DNA of 63,683 nt, the filler included, from Octopus bimaculoides (Eukaryota): assembly GCF_001194135.2 (NCBI RefSeq). It is 5 parts of 4 records of this genome, joined end to end, with 100 filler letters (N's around TTAATTAATTAA, not from the genome) between each part and the next. Parts side by side here need not be neighbours in the genome. Positions count along the whole stretch, not along the records: positions 41,747 to 62,055 come from NC_068984.1; positions 62,156 to 63,683 come from NW_026431594.1; 3 more parts are not named here. One strand, given 5' to 3'. Under the pieces are notes generated by a model that was not told the origin of the DNA, did no database searches, and saw only the letters and a list, made by a program, of their open reading frames with translations. Shown here piece after piece: positions 50,681-62,194 of this stretch; the first letter of the stretch is position 1, and every line of letters starts with the position of its first letter. A program made the position numbers and the translations under genes.

Positions 50681-51059
50681 GTGAGTGAAGTACAGTTGAA
50701 CTGTTACAAATTTCATGTGTGTGTGTGTTTTTGTGTGTGCATGCATATGAGCATGTGTTTGTGTGAGTACATGTTCATGCGCATGTGCATGCAAATGTAT
50801 GTGTGCATGTGCATGCAAATGTGTGTGTGCATGTGAGTACGTATTACCTGAAATTTCTTATAGTGAAAACTGAAGATTTCCAATTTTAGACTGCAGATTT
50901 ATTACTCTGATAATTTAATATCCAGAAATTTATTCGGATTTAAGACACGAAAAATACCCCTATCGAATCCAAAAGACCCAGGATTAGTTGAAATGGATCT
51001 AGTAACAAGTGACAGATTTCAGAATGTTTACAACAGCATCCAAAGCTCTTTTAAAAAAA

Positions 51060-51480
51060 AGACATAACATCTTTAGCAGTTCTGAGATTTCTTTGATTTA
51101 ATTTCTCTTCACTTTCCATCAAATCACAAATACCAAAAATCTTTAACAGAAATTTGATTAATATTTGCTGTTCTTCCCATTAAATGTTTTTAAATTCTAT
51201 TAGCAATTTCAATGCCAAAAGACTTTCTAATACCATTAATTCAGCGTTTGAATCTACATGTAACTACACCAACTGTAATAATTGCCCACTTGAAGATAAC
51301 TGTCCAACAAACTCTTTAATATGCTGTGCCAAAATACAGCTGGTTAACAATTCTTGACCCTAGTCATATATTACGTTGACTGAACACGAAGTGAAGGGTC
51401 ATCTTGACAAGCACAGACATTTTTTTATTAACTTGAACAGGAAATTCATGATAGCACTATTGCAGGTATATTTGCTTCTT
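51060..51480 (+). pseudogene. PLE RT C-terminus/linker/GIY-YIG remnant
   Basis: LISLHFP...KIFNRN...CNYTNCNNCPLEDNC...TEHEVKGHLDKHRHFF. Confidence 0.65.
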
Positions 51481-51999
51481 GAGAGAGAGGGAGAGTGTGT
51501 GTGAGACACAGAGAGGAGGAGGAAAATAAAAGAACAAGACCACAAACATTTAGGAGTATTTGGTCAGTGCTCAATTTCTATTTACCAGAATAGAAATTTT
51601 TTATCAAAACAGAGATAACAATTATATCTCAGTATAAAACTACTTAATTCTGTTTCAGATTTCTGAAAAGCAAAATGTAAATTCTTAGGTTTTATCTAAA
51701 CATGTTAACATGCTCCCATTTGGCTACAATTCACTTATAATTTGCCAAATAAATAAAACAGATAAAACCTATGAAACCTTTGGTATTATCAAAAACAGTT
51801 CAACGCTACTACTTCATTATGCATTTTCTTTTCTTACCATTTCTGAAAAATTTCCTTTCTTAAAACATGTTTCCTTTAAATAATTAACCAAGCACGCTCA
51901 TTGCTTCATATATTTGAACATATATACGTCTCCATCCTCTGAAGCATACATCTTATGCTCAATATTAATTAGATGCTCACATGTAAAAATTTCTTATTT

Positions 52000-52312
52000 C
52001 TCAGTGGTTAGAGCATCAAGCTTATGATTGTGAGATTGTTGGTTCAATTCCTAGACCAGGCTGTGTGTTGTGTTCTTGAGCAAGACACTTATTTCACGTG
52101 GCTCCGGCTGTAGAAATGAGTAGTGACATCACTGGTGCCAGGCTGTATCAGCTTTTGCCTTTCTATTGGACAACATCGATGATGTGGAGAGGGGAGGCTG
52201 GTATGCATGGGCGACTGTTAGTTTTCCATAAACAACCTTGCCCGGACTTGTGCCTGGGAGGGTAACTTTCTAGGTGCAATCCCATGGTCAGTCATGACCG
52301 AAGGCGTTCTTT
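52000..52312 (+). mobile_element. tRNA-headed CORE-like SINE (family E)
   Basis: CTCAGTGGTTAGAGC A-box, GGTTCAATTCC B-box, TGTTGTGTTCTTGAGCAAGACACTT core-like segment. Confidence 0.75.
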
Positions 52313-52727
52313 TCCTCCTATGTATTCATTCAGGTATTTATTTATTTATCTATTTTTGGTTTCACTTCCACATTTTCCTGCTATGTACTTCAGAACATAG
52401 CAGGCTACATCTGACTGGACAGTGTCCTCCTATGCAAGAACTACCTGATGGTTATAAACACTGAATTTCGACAAATTCAAAACTTAACAACATTTTTAAG
52501 ATAGACACACAAAATTACTTTTGAAGATTTATGTTATGATAGAATGTTGTTCCATTCTTATCTGTTCATTCTGCTATCTGTTTTACTGTTTTTTAAAGTT
52601 TATCAACTCAAAACCCACAACAAAACAAAGTTTGATGGATCATTTTTCTTATTGAATCCTGTCAAATAATCCAACACATGCCAACATTGAAGACAGACAT
52701 TAAATGATGATGATATATATATACATA

Positions 52728-52885
52728 GATGCAAGAGTGGTTGTGTGGTAAGTAGCTTGCTTACGAACCACAGGGTTCCAGGTTCAGTCCTACTGTGTGG
52801 TAACTTGGACAAGCGTCTTCTACTGTAGCCTCAGGGGCCAACCAAAGCCTTGTGAGTGGATTTGGTAGATGAAGCACGTTGTATA
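52728..52885 (+). mobile_element. SINE family A 5' half
   Basis: GCAAGAGTGGTTGTGTGGTAAGTAGCTTGC...GGATTTGGTAGA. Confidence 0.85.
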
Positions 52886-53107
52886 TATAAATATATATAT
52901 ATATATATATACAAATAAAAGGGTAAAGGATTATTAATTTATTAATAAATTAATAATTAATAATTTTTACCAAGCCCTTCGTTATGTAAACACCATTATC
53001 GGTGAAGAACTTATTTAAAAGTTCTTATACATTTATAAACATAATTAAGGGATCAGCAACAGTTGCTTCACCACATACCGAAGTTCAGAAATAGCAGCTA
53101 AAGGGCT

Positions 53108-53167
53108 AAAACTCCAACAGATAGCAATACAATAATAGTTACAAGTATTGCTATCTGTTGGAGTTTT
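53108..53167. repeat. Perfect 23-bp inverted repeat abutting a gap
   Basis: AAAACTCCAACAGATAGCAATAC (53108-53130) / GTATTGCTATCTGTTGGAGTTTT (53145-53167). Confidence 0.92.
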
Positions 53168-53319
53168 NNNNNNNNNNNNNNNNNNNNNNNNNNNNNNNNN
53201 NNNNNNNNNNNNNNNNNNNNNNNNNNNNNNNNNNNNNNNNNNNNNNNNNNNNNNNNNNNNNNNNNNNNNNNNNNNNNNNNNNNNNNNNNNNNNNNNNNNN
53301 NNNNNNNNNNNNNNNATAT

Positions 53320-53934
53320 GCACATGTTTGTGTGTCTGTATTTGTCCCCCGCACCATCGCTTGACAACTAATGCTGGTGTGTTTACATACGTATAACTTA
53401 GCAATTCAGCAAAAGGGATTTATAGAATAAGTACTAGGCTTGCAAAGAATAAGTCCTGGGATCGATTTGTTCCACTAAAGGTGGTGCTCCAGCATGGCCA
53501 CAGTCAAATGGCTGAAACAAATAAAAGAGCAAAAAAGATGCATGTATGAAAATAAGTATGTATGCATGTATCTGTGCATGAGCTCAATAGGGCTGGTGGC
53601 TTGAAAAGTGCACCCAGTACACACCGTAAAATGGTTGGCATTAAGAAGGGCATCCGGTCCTGGAAATTAGACCAAAGTAGACACTGGACTAATGTGAAGT
53701 CCTTGGTTCTTTGGATCCTTGTCAAACCTAAAAATCCATGCAAGCCAGCATGGAAAATGAATGTTGTTAAATGATCATGATGGTGATGATATGACTGTGT
53801 GGTAAGAAACTTGCTTCTCAACCACATGGTTCCAGGTTCAGTCCCACTGCATGGCACTCTGGGCAAGTGTCTTCTACTACAGCCTCAGGGTGACCAAAGC
53901 CTTGTAAGTGGATTTGGTAGAAACTGTATGTATG

Positions 53935-53935
<1 letters not shown>
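53320..53935 (+). mobile_element. Repeat cluster: family A 3' half (53320-53530), RTE-type 3' end (53585-53790), family A 5' half (53793-53935)
   Basis: Homology to other copies in the window. Confidence 0.8.
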
Positions 53936-53975
<40 letters not shown>

Positions 53976-54749
53976 NNNNNNNNNNNNNNNNNNNNNNNNN
54001 NNNNNNNNNNNNNNNNNNNNNNNNNNNNNNNNNNNNNNNNNNNNNNNNNNNNNNNNNNNNNNNNNNNNNNNNNNNNNNNNNNNNNNNNNNNNNNNNNNNN
54101 NNNNNNNNNNNNNNNNNNNNNNNNNNNNNNNNNNNNNNNNNNNNNNNNNNNNNNNNNNNNNNNNNNNNNNNNNNNNNNNNNNNNNNNNNNNNNNNNNNNN
54201 NNNNNNNNNNNNNNNNNNNNNNNNNNNNNNNNNNNNNNNNNNNNNNNNNNNNNNNNNNNNNNNNNNNNNNNNNNNNNNNNNNNNNNNNNNNNNNNNNNNN
54301 NNNNNNNNNNNNNNNNNNNNNNNNNNNNNNNNNNNNNNNNNNNNNNNNNNNNNNNNNNNNNNNNNNNNNNNNNNNNNNNNNNNNNNNNNNNNNNNNNNNN
54401 NNNNNNNNNNNNNNNNNNNNNNNNNNNNNNNNNNNNNNNNNNNNNNNNNNNNNNNNNNNNNNNNNNNNNNNNNNNNNNNNNNNNNNNNNNNNNNNNNNNN
54501 NNNNNNNNNNNNNNNNNNNNNNNNNNNNNNNNNNNNNNNNNNNNNNNNNNNNNNNNNNNNNNNNNNNNNNNNNNNNNNNNNNNNNNNNNNNNNNNNNNNN
54601 NNNNNNNNNNNNNNNNNNNNNNNNNNNNNNNNNNNNNNNNNNNNNNNNNNNNNNNNNNNNNNNNNNNNNNNNNNNNNNNNNNNNNNNNNNNNNNNNNNNN
54701 NNNNNNNNNNNNNNNNNNNNNNNNNNNNNNNNNNNNNNNNNNNNNNNNN

Positions 54750-54784
<35 letters not shown>

Positions 54785-55041
54785 TTAGTAGAGTTGAGTT
54801 AGCAATTGGAATAACTGTCTAAGGGATAAGAAGATACGAATATCCATTTTCCTACCGGTATAAATTACTTATGTTAACCCTGGGAATACATATACAAGAA
54901 TATTATGCTCATAGGATACAGGCAATAACAAAATAAACAAGTGTTTATCAGGAATCAAATTTAAGTTAAGCAGAAAATGGAGAAAATTCTTGATCAACAA
55001 ACAAACTGATTACCATCGATTATTATTTTTTAATACAAAAT

Positions 55042-55295
55042 TTTATTATTTCTAACAACCATTTCTGCTTCCAATGTCCATCAGCACTGCCAAAGAAAAT
55101 TCTGAGAAAAATATTTGTCATATTCTGTAGCACATCTGATCAGGTACATGGAGCTTCATGTATTTTTCTTCACTCTGATGAAGCTCCATGAACCATATCA
55201 GATGTGCTACAGAATATCATGAATATTATTCTCAGAATTTTCTTTGGCAGCACTGACGGACATTGGGAGCAGAAATGGCTGTTAGAAATGATAAA
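55042..55295. repeat. Long palindrome, ~117-bp arms with an 18-nt loop
   Basis: 55042-55159 is the reverse complement of 55178-55295. Confidence 0.9.
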
Positions 55296-55464
55296 CTTCG
55301 TTAAATATTAGTATAATGTCATAAGGACAAACATATTACTGCCTTTTACTGAGAATCATATTGGTTTTTAGTTATATTCATGTGTTTGTTAAACAGTTTT
55401 CTTCTTATCAATGAACTGAAGTTTAGGGGCATTGTTTTTACTGTGTTAAAAATATTACAAGTGG

Positions 55465-55600
55465 GTGTATGGTAAGAGGTTTACTTCTCAACCATGGGTT
55501 CAGTACCACTGCGTGGCACATTGGGAAAGAGTCTTCTACTACAGCCATGGGCTGACCAAAGCTTTGTGAGTGTATTTGGTAGACGGAAGCTGAAAAAATC

Positions 55601-55603
<3 letters not shown>
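55465..55603 (+). mobile_element. SINE family A 5' half
   Basis: Homology to 53793-53935. Confidence 0.8.
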
Positions 55604-55633
<30 letters not shown>

Positions 55634-56660
55634 GGATCTAGGACTTTTCGTCTAAAATACTTTGGTCTTATGCGCTATGGTCTAAAGAACTTTGGTCTAA
55701 AGTGACTTTTGTATAAATACACTATAGTCTAAGCGCATTTTTGTCTAAATGTTCTTTAGTATAAATACATTTTTGTCTAAACTATTTTGTCTATAGAATC
55801 TCAAAAAAAAAGGAAAGAAATGTAAAAAGATCTAAATAACTATACTCTAATAATTGGGACTTGTAAATCTTTATGATCATGATATAGACTTTCCTTTATT
55901 CTGTCAAAAAGTGAATGCTTTGGCCTTTCTGCCTGTTGCTGCTGTACCAATAGGACTGCAATGCTTGAAACAAAGTGTACCTGAAAATGCATTGCTGTTT
56001 ATTGAATACATAGAAAATACTTTTGTAAATGGAATGCTAAGACTGAATGGAAGATGGTCAAAGCCATTATTTTCAATACCTGAATGGAATATTCATGAGT
56101 CCACACTTGATGGTAAAGCATGTACAATTAATTCTATTGAAGCATGGCATAGGTGATTCAGTGTCTTAGTTAGATCACATTCAAATCTATATAATGTTCT
56201 TGATGCTCTAAGAAGAGAAAAACAAATTAGCTCAACTTTCTGTAGGTGAAAGCCCCAAGAAGAAAAATACCAAAGCTGCAAGACAAGAGAAAAGAATATT
56301 ACAAGTTGTTGCCAATTATCAGAATCGATCAGTGGGAGATTACCTTCATTGTATTGCACATAATCTGGGTTCTTTTAAATTTCATTTTCATTCTAATAAA
56401 TGTGTATTCTATTTCAAGCATATATATTATGCATATTTGTAATTTATTTATAAATAGATATAATCAGATAAGTTTCATTATACCTAACTTAAGTGTCATT
56501 TTACCAAAGTGTCATTATACAAGGTATCTTTAGATGAAAGTGTCTTTAGACGAGTGAGCTTTTAGACAAAAGTGTCTTTAGACGAAAATGCTTTTAGACC
56601 GAAGTGTCTTAAACTAAAGTGGTTTAGACCAAAGTGTTTTAGACTAAAGTGCCATATTCC
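55634..56660 (+). mobile_element. Internally deleted MULE with foldback-type TIRs built from ~15-16-bp subrepeats
   Basis: ALAFLP...FIEYIENTFVNG...PLFSIPEWN...TINSIEAWH (MULE C-terminal region); termini GGA...TCC with (ACTTTGGTCTAAA)n / (TTTAGAC)n arrays. Confidence 0.85.
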
Positions 56661-56674
56661 ATCTCTCTCTCTCT

Positions 56675-56708
<34 letters not shown>

Positions 56709-57060
56709 GAAATGGGAAATAGTTTGCAAGGCTAAATCATATAGGATAAGGAATAAATTCCGCTTATTATGTACTAATGAATTTAAAGAGATATTATTAG
56801 CTAATAAAAAATTAACTCCCACAATGAACGTAATATTAAAGGCAGACATAAATTAAATTACTTATATAAGTTTAGATAACTAACTTATTTATTTAAACCT
56901 AGGATTAGGTACCAACTTATAGTTATGATCAGTAGCTTTAGAATACATTTTAATAATCTCAATATTATACAAATTGGAACATGTAACTACCTTTACTTTA
57001 AGTATTCATCGATAACATGAGCAGTCTTTTACAATGTTTCATAACATTATTTAAGTAATA

Positions 57061-57495
57061 CATAACTTTCGTATTTGGTATAGTTATTATTCTGTGTAAA
57101 TCTGAGAGTTTTAAGTATTTCAGTATTATTAATCTTCATTAAACTTTTTATTTTAGGTAGGTTTTTCTTTTTCGATATTTTCGTTATTATTTTAGTAATT
57201 ATAATACGTATTTATCTCTGTTAATGGACGCCATGTTTATCACGTGACTTTTCAGTATTAATTTTCATAGCATTATTTACGTAATATAGAATTTTCGCAT
57301 GTGTATAGTTATTACTCTGCGTTAATTTGCAAGTTTAAGTATTTTAGTATTTTTAATCCCCAAGAATCTTTATTTTAGGTAGATTTTCTTTTTCGATATT
57401 TTCGTTATTATTTTAGTAATTATAATACGCATGTACTTCTGGGTAATAGACGCCATATTTATCACGTGACCTTTTAGTATAAATTCTATAACACA
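57061..57495. repeat. Tandem duplication, ~225-bp period x2
   Basis: TTTTAGGTAG at 57151 and 57373; shared TTTTTCGATATTTTCGTTATTATTTTAGTAATTATAATACG. Confidence 0.85.
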
Positions 57496-57729
57496 GCCAT
57501 TTTGATTTTAGTCTACATTTACCCACCGGCAGATAAGTCATGTTTTCTTATTTTAATTTTATAAACAATATTGACATCCGTCTTTTAGTAACTTTATACA
57601 CTAACACATTTTTTTTTACTATTATCTACTTATTCTATAATATTTTAACCTTGTTTAACTATAATACTCTTTTTCAATATTTTTAGATTGTAATTCTTAA
57701 TAATTATATTAATACCGTTAATGTAGGGA

Positions 57730-57950
57730 TTAGTTTACAGATTTTGTCTCTTTATATATTTTTTTATTTCTCATGTTTATGTTTATTCCTTGAATGATTT
57801 TAGGTATTTTCTTAGGGATTTGACCTGAAGAGTAACTGATTTTGGGAGTAAAATCATTTCCCCGTTCTAATGAACTCGGATAGAATTTGCTTATGATTTT
57901 ATACAGCCCTATTTCAGCCATGAAATGCGCGTATCTATATACTAACACTA
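57730..57950 (-). pseudogene. Possible very old PLE RT C-terminal remnant
   Basis: IGLYKIISKFYP...KISYSS...KIIQGIN loosely resembles the PLE KISYS..N..II..HN segment. Confidence 0.35.
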
Positions 57951-58269
57951 ACTTTTTACATCTATACTTCTATACTTTATATTATCGTATTAATTTTTAC
58001 TGTCCAATTTACAATTTTAACTTTTAAATTTTTTAAAATTAATATTTATATGGTTTATTTATGTAATATATTATTTAATTAAAATTTTTAGATTAAAATC
58101 TTAGATANNNNNNNNNNNNNNNNNNNNNNNNNNNNNNNNNNNNNNNNNNNNNNNNNNNNNNNNNNNNNNNNNNNNNNNNNNNNNNNNNNNNNNNNNNNNN
58201 NNNNNNNNNNNNNNNNNNNNNNNNNNNNNNNNNNNNNNNNNNATAAATACACACACACACATACGCACA

Positions 58270-58500
58270 CATATACATGTGTGTGTGTGCGTATGTATAT
58301 GTTTGTGACTTTCACCACCACTTGACAACCTATGTTCATGTGATTACATCTCTGTAACTTAGCTTTTCAGCAAAGGGGACTGATAGAATAAGCAGCAGGC
58401 TTTAGAATATAGTAATAAGTACTAAGGTCGATTCATTTGTCTGAAATTCTTCAATGCCATGCCACGGCATGGCCACAGTCTAATAACTGAACCAAAGGAA
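58270..58500 (+). mobile_element. Diverged SINE family A 3' half
   Basis: CACCACTTGACAACC...GGCATGGCCACAGTCTAATAACTGAA. Confidence 0.7.
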
Positions 58501-59174
58501 ATGATATGATATGTATATGTGAGTAAGAGATTGAGAGCATGTGTATGTGTGTGTGTGTGTGTGTGCGTGCTTGTATTCAAATAGGAAGTTCAAATAGTAA
58601 GCATATTTCAAGCTAGGTATAAAAAATTTCATCAAGCTTTAGTTAAACAAATCAACCCTATTATTCATACCAAGTCTGACATTTTTCTATGGGACTCATT
58701 TCCCCCCAAAAACTAGTAAGTTATGAGGATGTAAACAAACATACACTTGTTGTCAAGCATCAGGGGACAAACCGAAAAACAAAAACCCAGACACTCACAT
58801 GCACATATGCATACAGACACACATACATGCAAACACATGCATGTCTGCATGCAGACATACATACAAGTATATGTATACTGATACGTACACATAAATATAT
58901 GCGTACACTCATTACCTATTTTTTACCATTTCTGTTTGTATTGTTTACACTAGACATATTCGGATTTGAAACATTGTAACAAATCAGTGTTGGCTATAAT
59001 CTCTATAGAAAATCTATCGAGGTAATCTTAAAAAGAGATGTAATAGCACTGCTAACATAGTAGGACACACTATTGACTTATAAAGCCTTTAATATACTTT
59101 GTAGTATATAATGGATGCATAACGAAATGTGCCCCTACAAGTAACTCACTATGCATACATGAATACATAAAACA

Positions 59175-59206
<32 letters not shown>

Positions 59207-59659
59207 NNNNNNNNNNNNNNNNNNNNNNNNNNNNNNNNNNNNNNNNNNNNNNNNNNNNNNNNNNNNNNNNNNNNNNNNNNNNNNNNNNNNNNNNNNNNNN
59301 NNNNNNNNNNNNNNNNNNNNNNNNNNNNNNNNNNNNNNNNNNNNNNNNNNNNNNNNNNNNNNNNNNNNNNNNNNNNNNNNNNNNNNNNNNNNNNNNNNNN
59401 NNNNNNNNNNNNNNNNNNNNNNNNNNNNNNNNNNNNNNNNNNNNNNNNNNNNNNNNNNNNNNNNNNNNNNNNNNNNNNNNNNNNNNNNNNNNNNNNNNNN
59501 NNNNNNNNNNNNNNNNNNNNNNNNNNNNNNNNNNNNNNNNNNNNNNNNNNNNNNNNNNNNNNNNNNNNNNNNNNNNNNNNNNNNNNNNNNNNNNNNNNNN
59601 NNNNNNNNNNNNNNNNNNNNNNNNNNNNNNNNNNNNNNNNNNNNNNNNNNNNNNNNNNN

Positions 59660-59800
59660 AGTTTCCGTCTAACAAATCTACTCACAAGGCTTTGGTCAGC
59701 CCAAGGCTATAGTAGAAGGCACTTGCCTGAGGTGTCACGCAGTATGACTGAACCGGGAACCATGTTGTTGGTAAGCAAGCATCTTACCACACAGCCATAT
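59660..59800 (-). mobile_element. SINE family A 5' half
   Basis: GTTTCCGTCTAACAAATCTACTCACAAGGC...CTTACCACACAGCC. Confidence 0.85.
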
Positions 59801-59926
59801 ATTTTAAATAAAGATGTATCATTACCGTTATTCGTGATATTAATAAGGTAATAATAAAGTGGCCAGCAAGTTCACACCATTACAGGCACAATATAAGGCA
59901 ATTTTAGATACAGTAGGAGATATAAT

Positions 59927-60251
59927 ACCACTTGCTAAAATCAAAGCCAAGGCTCAAAAACCACTATAAATTCACAATAAAGATAATGCAATGAACATAT
60001 GAGAAATAGGCTTACCTTTGTGTTGAATACAACAGTAAGTAATGTATATTTCAATACCAATTGACTTCACCCTCTGTATTACCAACATACTCTGGGATAT
60101 TCAGCTGAAAATTAAATTTTGACATCTATTTCTAAAGTATTCACTACATTAGCTAGTGTGCATTCCTTACTTTAGCCTACATTACTTGTGTGTATATTTA
60201 TTGTGAGTTTATGGTGGTTTTTGAGCCTTGGCTATTATTTTAGTAAGTGGT
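59927..60251. mobile_element. 325-bp MITE-like element with ~58-bp TIRs
   Basis: ACCACTTGCTAAAATCAAAGCCAAGGCTCAAAAACCAC... / ...GTGGTTTTTGAGCCTTGGCTATTATTTTAGTAAGTGGT. Confidence 0.78.
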
Positions 60252-60259
60252 CGAGAGTC

Positions 60260-60397
60260 ATTGCTGTAGACTCTGTGATAATGTTAATAAATCAAGGATT
60301 TATGTAGTAGGATATTTAACATATCTGCATTTGTCTATATTATTCATATAAATGTAACTGGCTCCTATATCAGTTAGTGCTCTTAGCTCACTGTATC

Positions 60398-60433
<36 letters not shown>

Positions 60434-60459
60434 AACACACACACATATACATTTATATG

Positions 60460-60513
<54 letters not shown>

Positions 60514-61228
60514 TACACACACACACATGTATAAAATTCATCCTTTAGGAATTTCTGACTAGCAGAGACCACGACTGCTTAACCATTTTATAGTCATCTT
60601 ATCAGCATTTCGAAAAAACTTAAAATGCATAAACAACTTTTTGAAACTTGTATAAAATATCTAGACATTTTACTCTAACAATGTCCCAGATCAGGCATTT
60701 TCAATGCATAATAAACTAGATTCCAACAATACCACATGTACACCAACTATTAATGATGAATGTGACATTTATTAGATGCCATGTTATACAGTAACTGGTC
60801 TCACTTGGAGTTTCATACTTGTGACATCCTCTAGACCTGTAGTTCTTACACAGGGTCCATATGGCTCTTGAGGGTCCATCTAAGATTTTGTGGTTAAAAT
60901 TTATGCGCAATAAAATGCTTATGCTTCTGCAGAACTCAAAATTATTTAAAATTTTTATATACAATTATTAATATTTAATTATAAAAATAATGTCTGATTT
61001 TTTTGTATACTGTACATTGAATGGGTATGGAGGTCCAGTGAAACAGAATAAAAATCAAAAGGATCTATAGGTAAAAAAAAATGGTTAAGAACCATTGCTA
61101 TAGACTCTGTGATCATTTTAATAAATGAAGGAATTAAGTTGTAGGATATTTGATATATCTGCATTTGTCTATATTATTCATATAGATGTTACTGGCTGCT
61201 ATATCAGTTAGTTCTCTTAGCTCACATG
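60260..61228. repeat. ~137-bp direct repeat pair (60260-60397 and 61092-61228)
   Basis: CATTGCT(G/A)TAGACTCTGTGAT...TATCTGCATTTGTCTATATTATTCATATA...CTCTTAGCTCAC in both. Confidence 0.88.
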
Positions 61229-61648
61229 TCTTCTACTCTTTTTTACAAATGCTAATGAAGCTTGGCTGTTAGAGATAGAACAGGAAAACTTTTATGTTGA
61301 GGACACTTATTGAGGCAGAAACATGAGTTCCAGAGTATCCTCTTATCTCAAGACAGTAAGCATGCCTTTTTTCTTAATGCCATGTGAAATTTGGAGAATT
61401 GTTGATTCTCACATGGAGCAGGTTTCAATTGCTATTTCATAAGAGGTAGAGAAATTTTTAAAAAATCAAGAGTTTAGATTGTATGATATTTCATATATGA
61501 TTTTGTGTAAGTATATAGAAATATATACCTGTGTGTGTATATGCAACACAAACACACACACACACACACACATATATATAGGTGGTGCTATTAAGTTAGA
61601 TTTGACCTGGGCCAATATTGACCGAAACCTATTGGATTTCAACTGGTG

Positions 61649-61706
61649 GTCCACACTGACGAGACTCAGGGTTAAATACCCAAAAGCCAAAACTTGGTTT
61701 GTGGAT
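61649..61706 (+). ncRNA. Degenerate type I hammerhead motif (distinct family)
   Basis: GTCCACA-CTGACGA-[GACTCAGGGT TAAAT ACCCAAAAGCC]-AAAA-CTTGG-TT-TGTGGAT; G12>A is consistent with CpG decay. Confidence 0.55.
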
Positions 61707-62023
61707 AACCCTAATTGCATAATATCTTTTATTTGTGCTGTTAAATGCTTTAATTCTTTCTGTTTTCCTCGCATACTGTTTTTCTCTGTTATATTGGTGA
61801 GCTACGGTGGATTAATTTAAGACTTAGCTCTTATTTCTAGCAGGTAGATGCTTGTTAAGCATCATTAATCTTCGTGCAAATTTATAATTCATAGCTATTT
61901 AAAGGTATTATAACTGCGATCCACCCATGTCACTACTAGTGATATCATCAAATTTAGAATTTATCCACAGATGATATGAACAGTAGTAACATCTAACTTC
62001 AAATTTCAGTGTTTGAATGTTTC

Positions 62024-62055
<32 letters not shown>

Positions 62056-62194
62056 NNNNNNNNNNNNNNNNNNNNNNNNNNNNNNNNNNNNNNNNNNNNT
62101 TAATTAATTAANNNNNNNNNNNNNNNNNNNNNNNNNNNNNNNNNNNNNNNNNNNNGTGTGTGTGTGTGTGTGTGTATTTGTGTGTGTGCGTATG

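Noticed and set aside
58953-58970. Myosin-like DIFGFE motif
   Set aside because: Followed by TL-stop instead of the NSFEQ segment, with no good donor site; treated as chance.
61479-61820. 113-aa ORF with protein-like composition
   Set aside because: Starts in microsatellite, has no recognised domain, and overlaps the HHR-like repeat.
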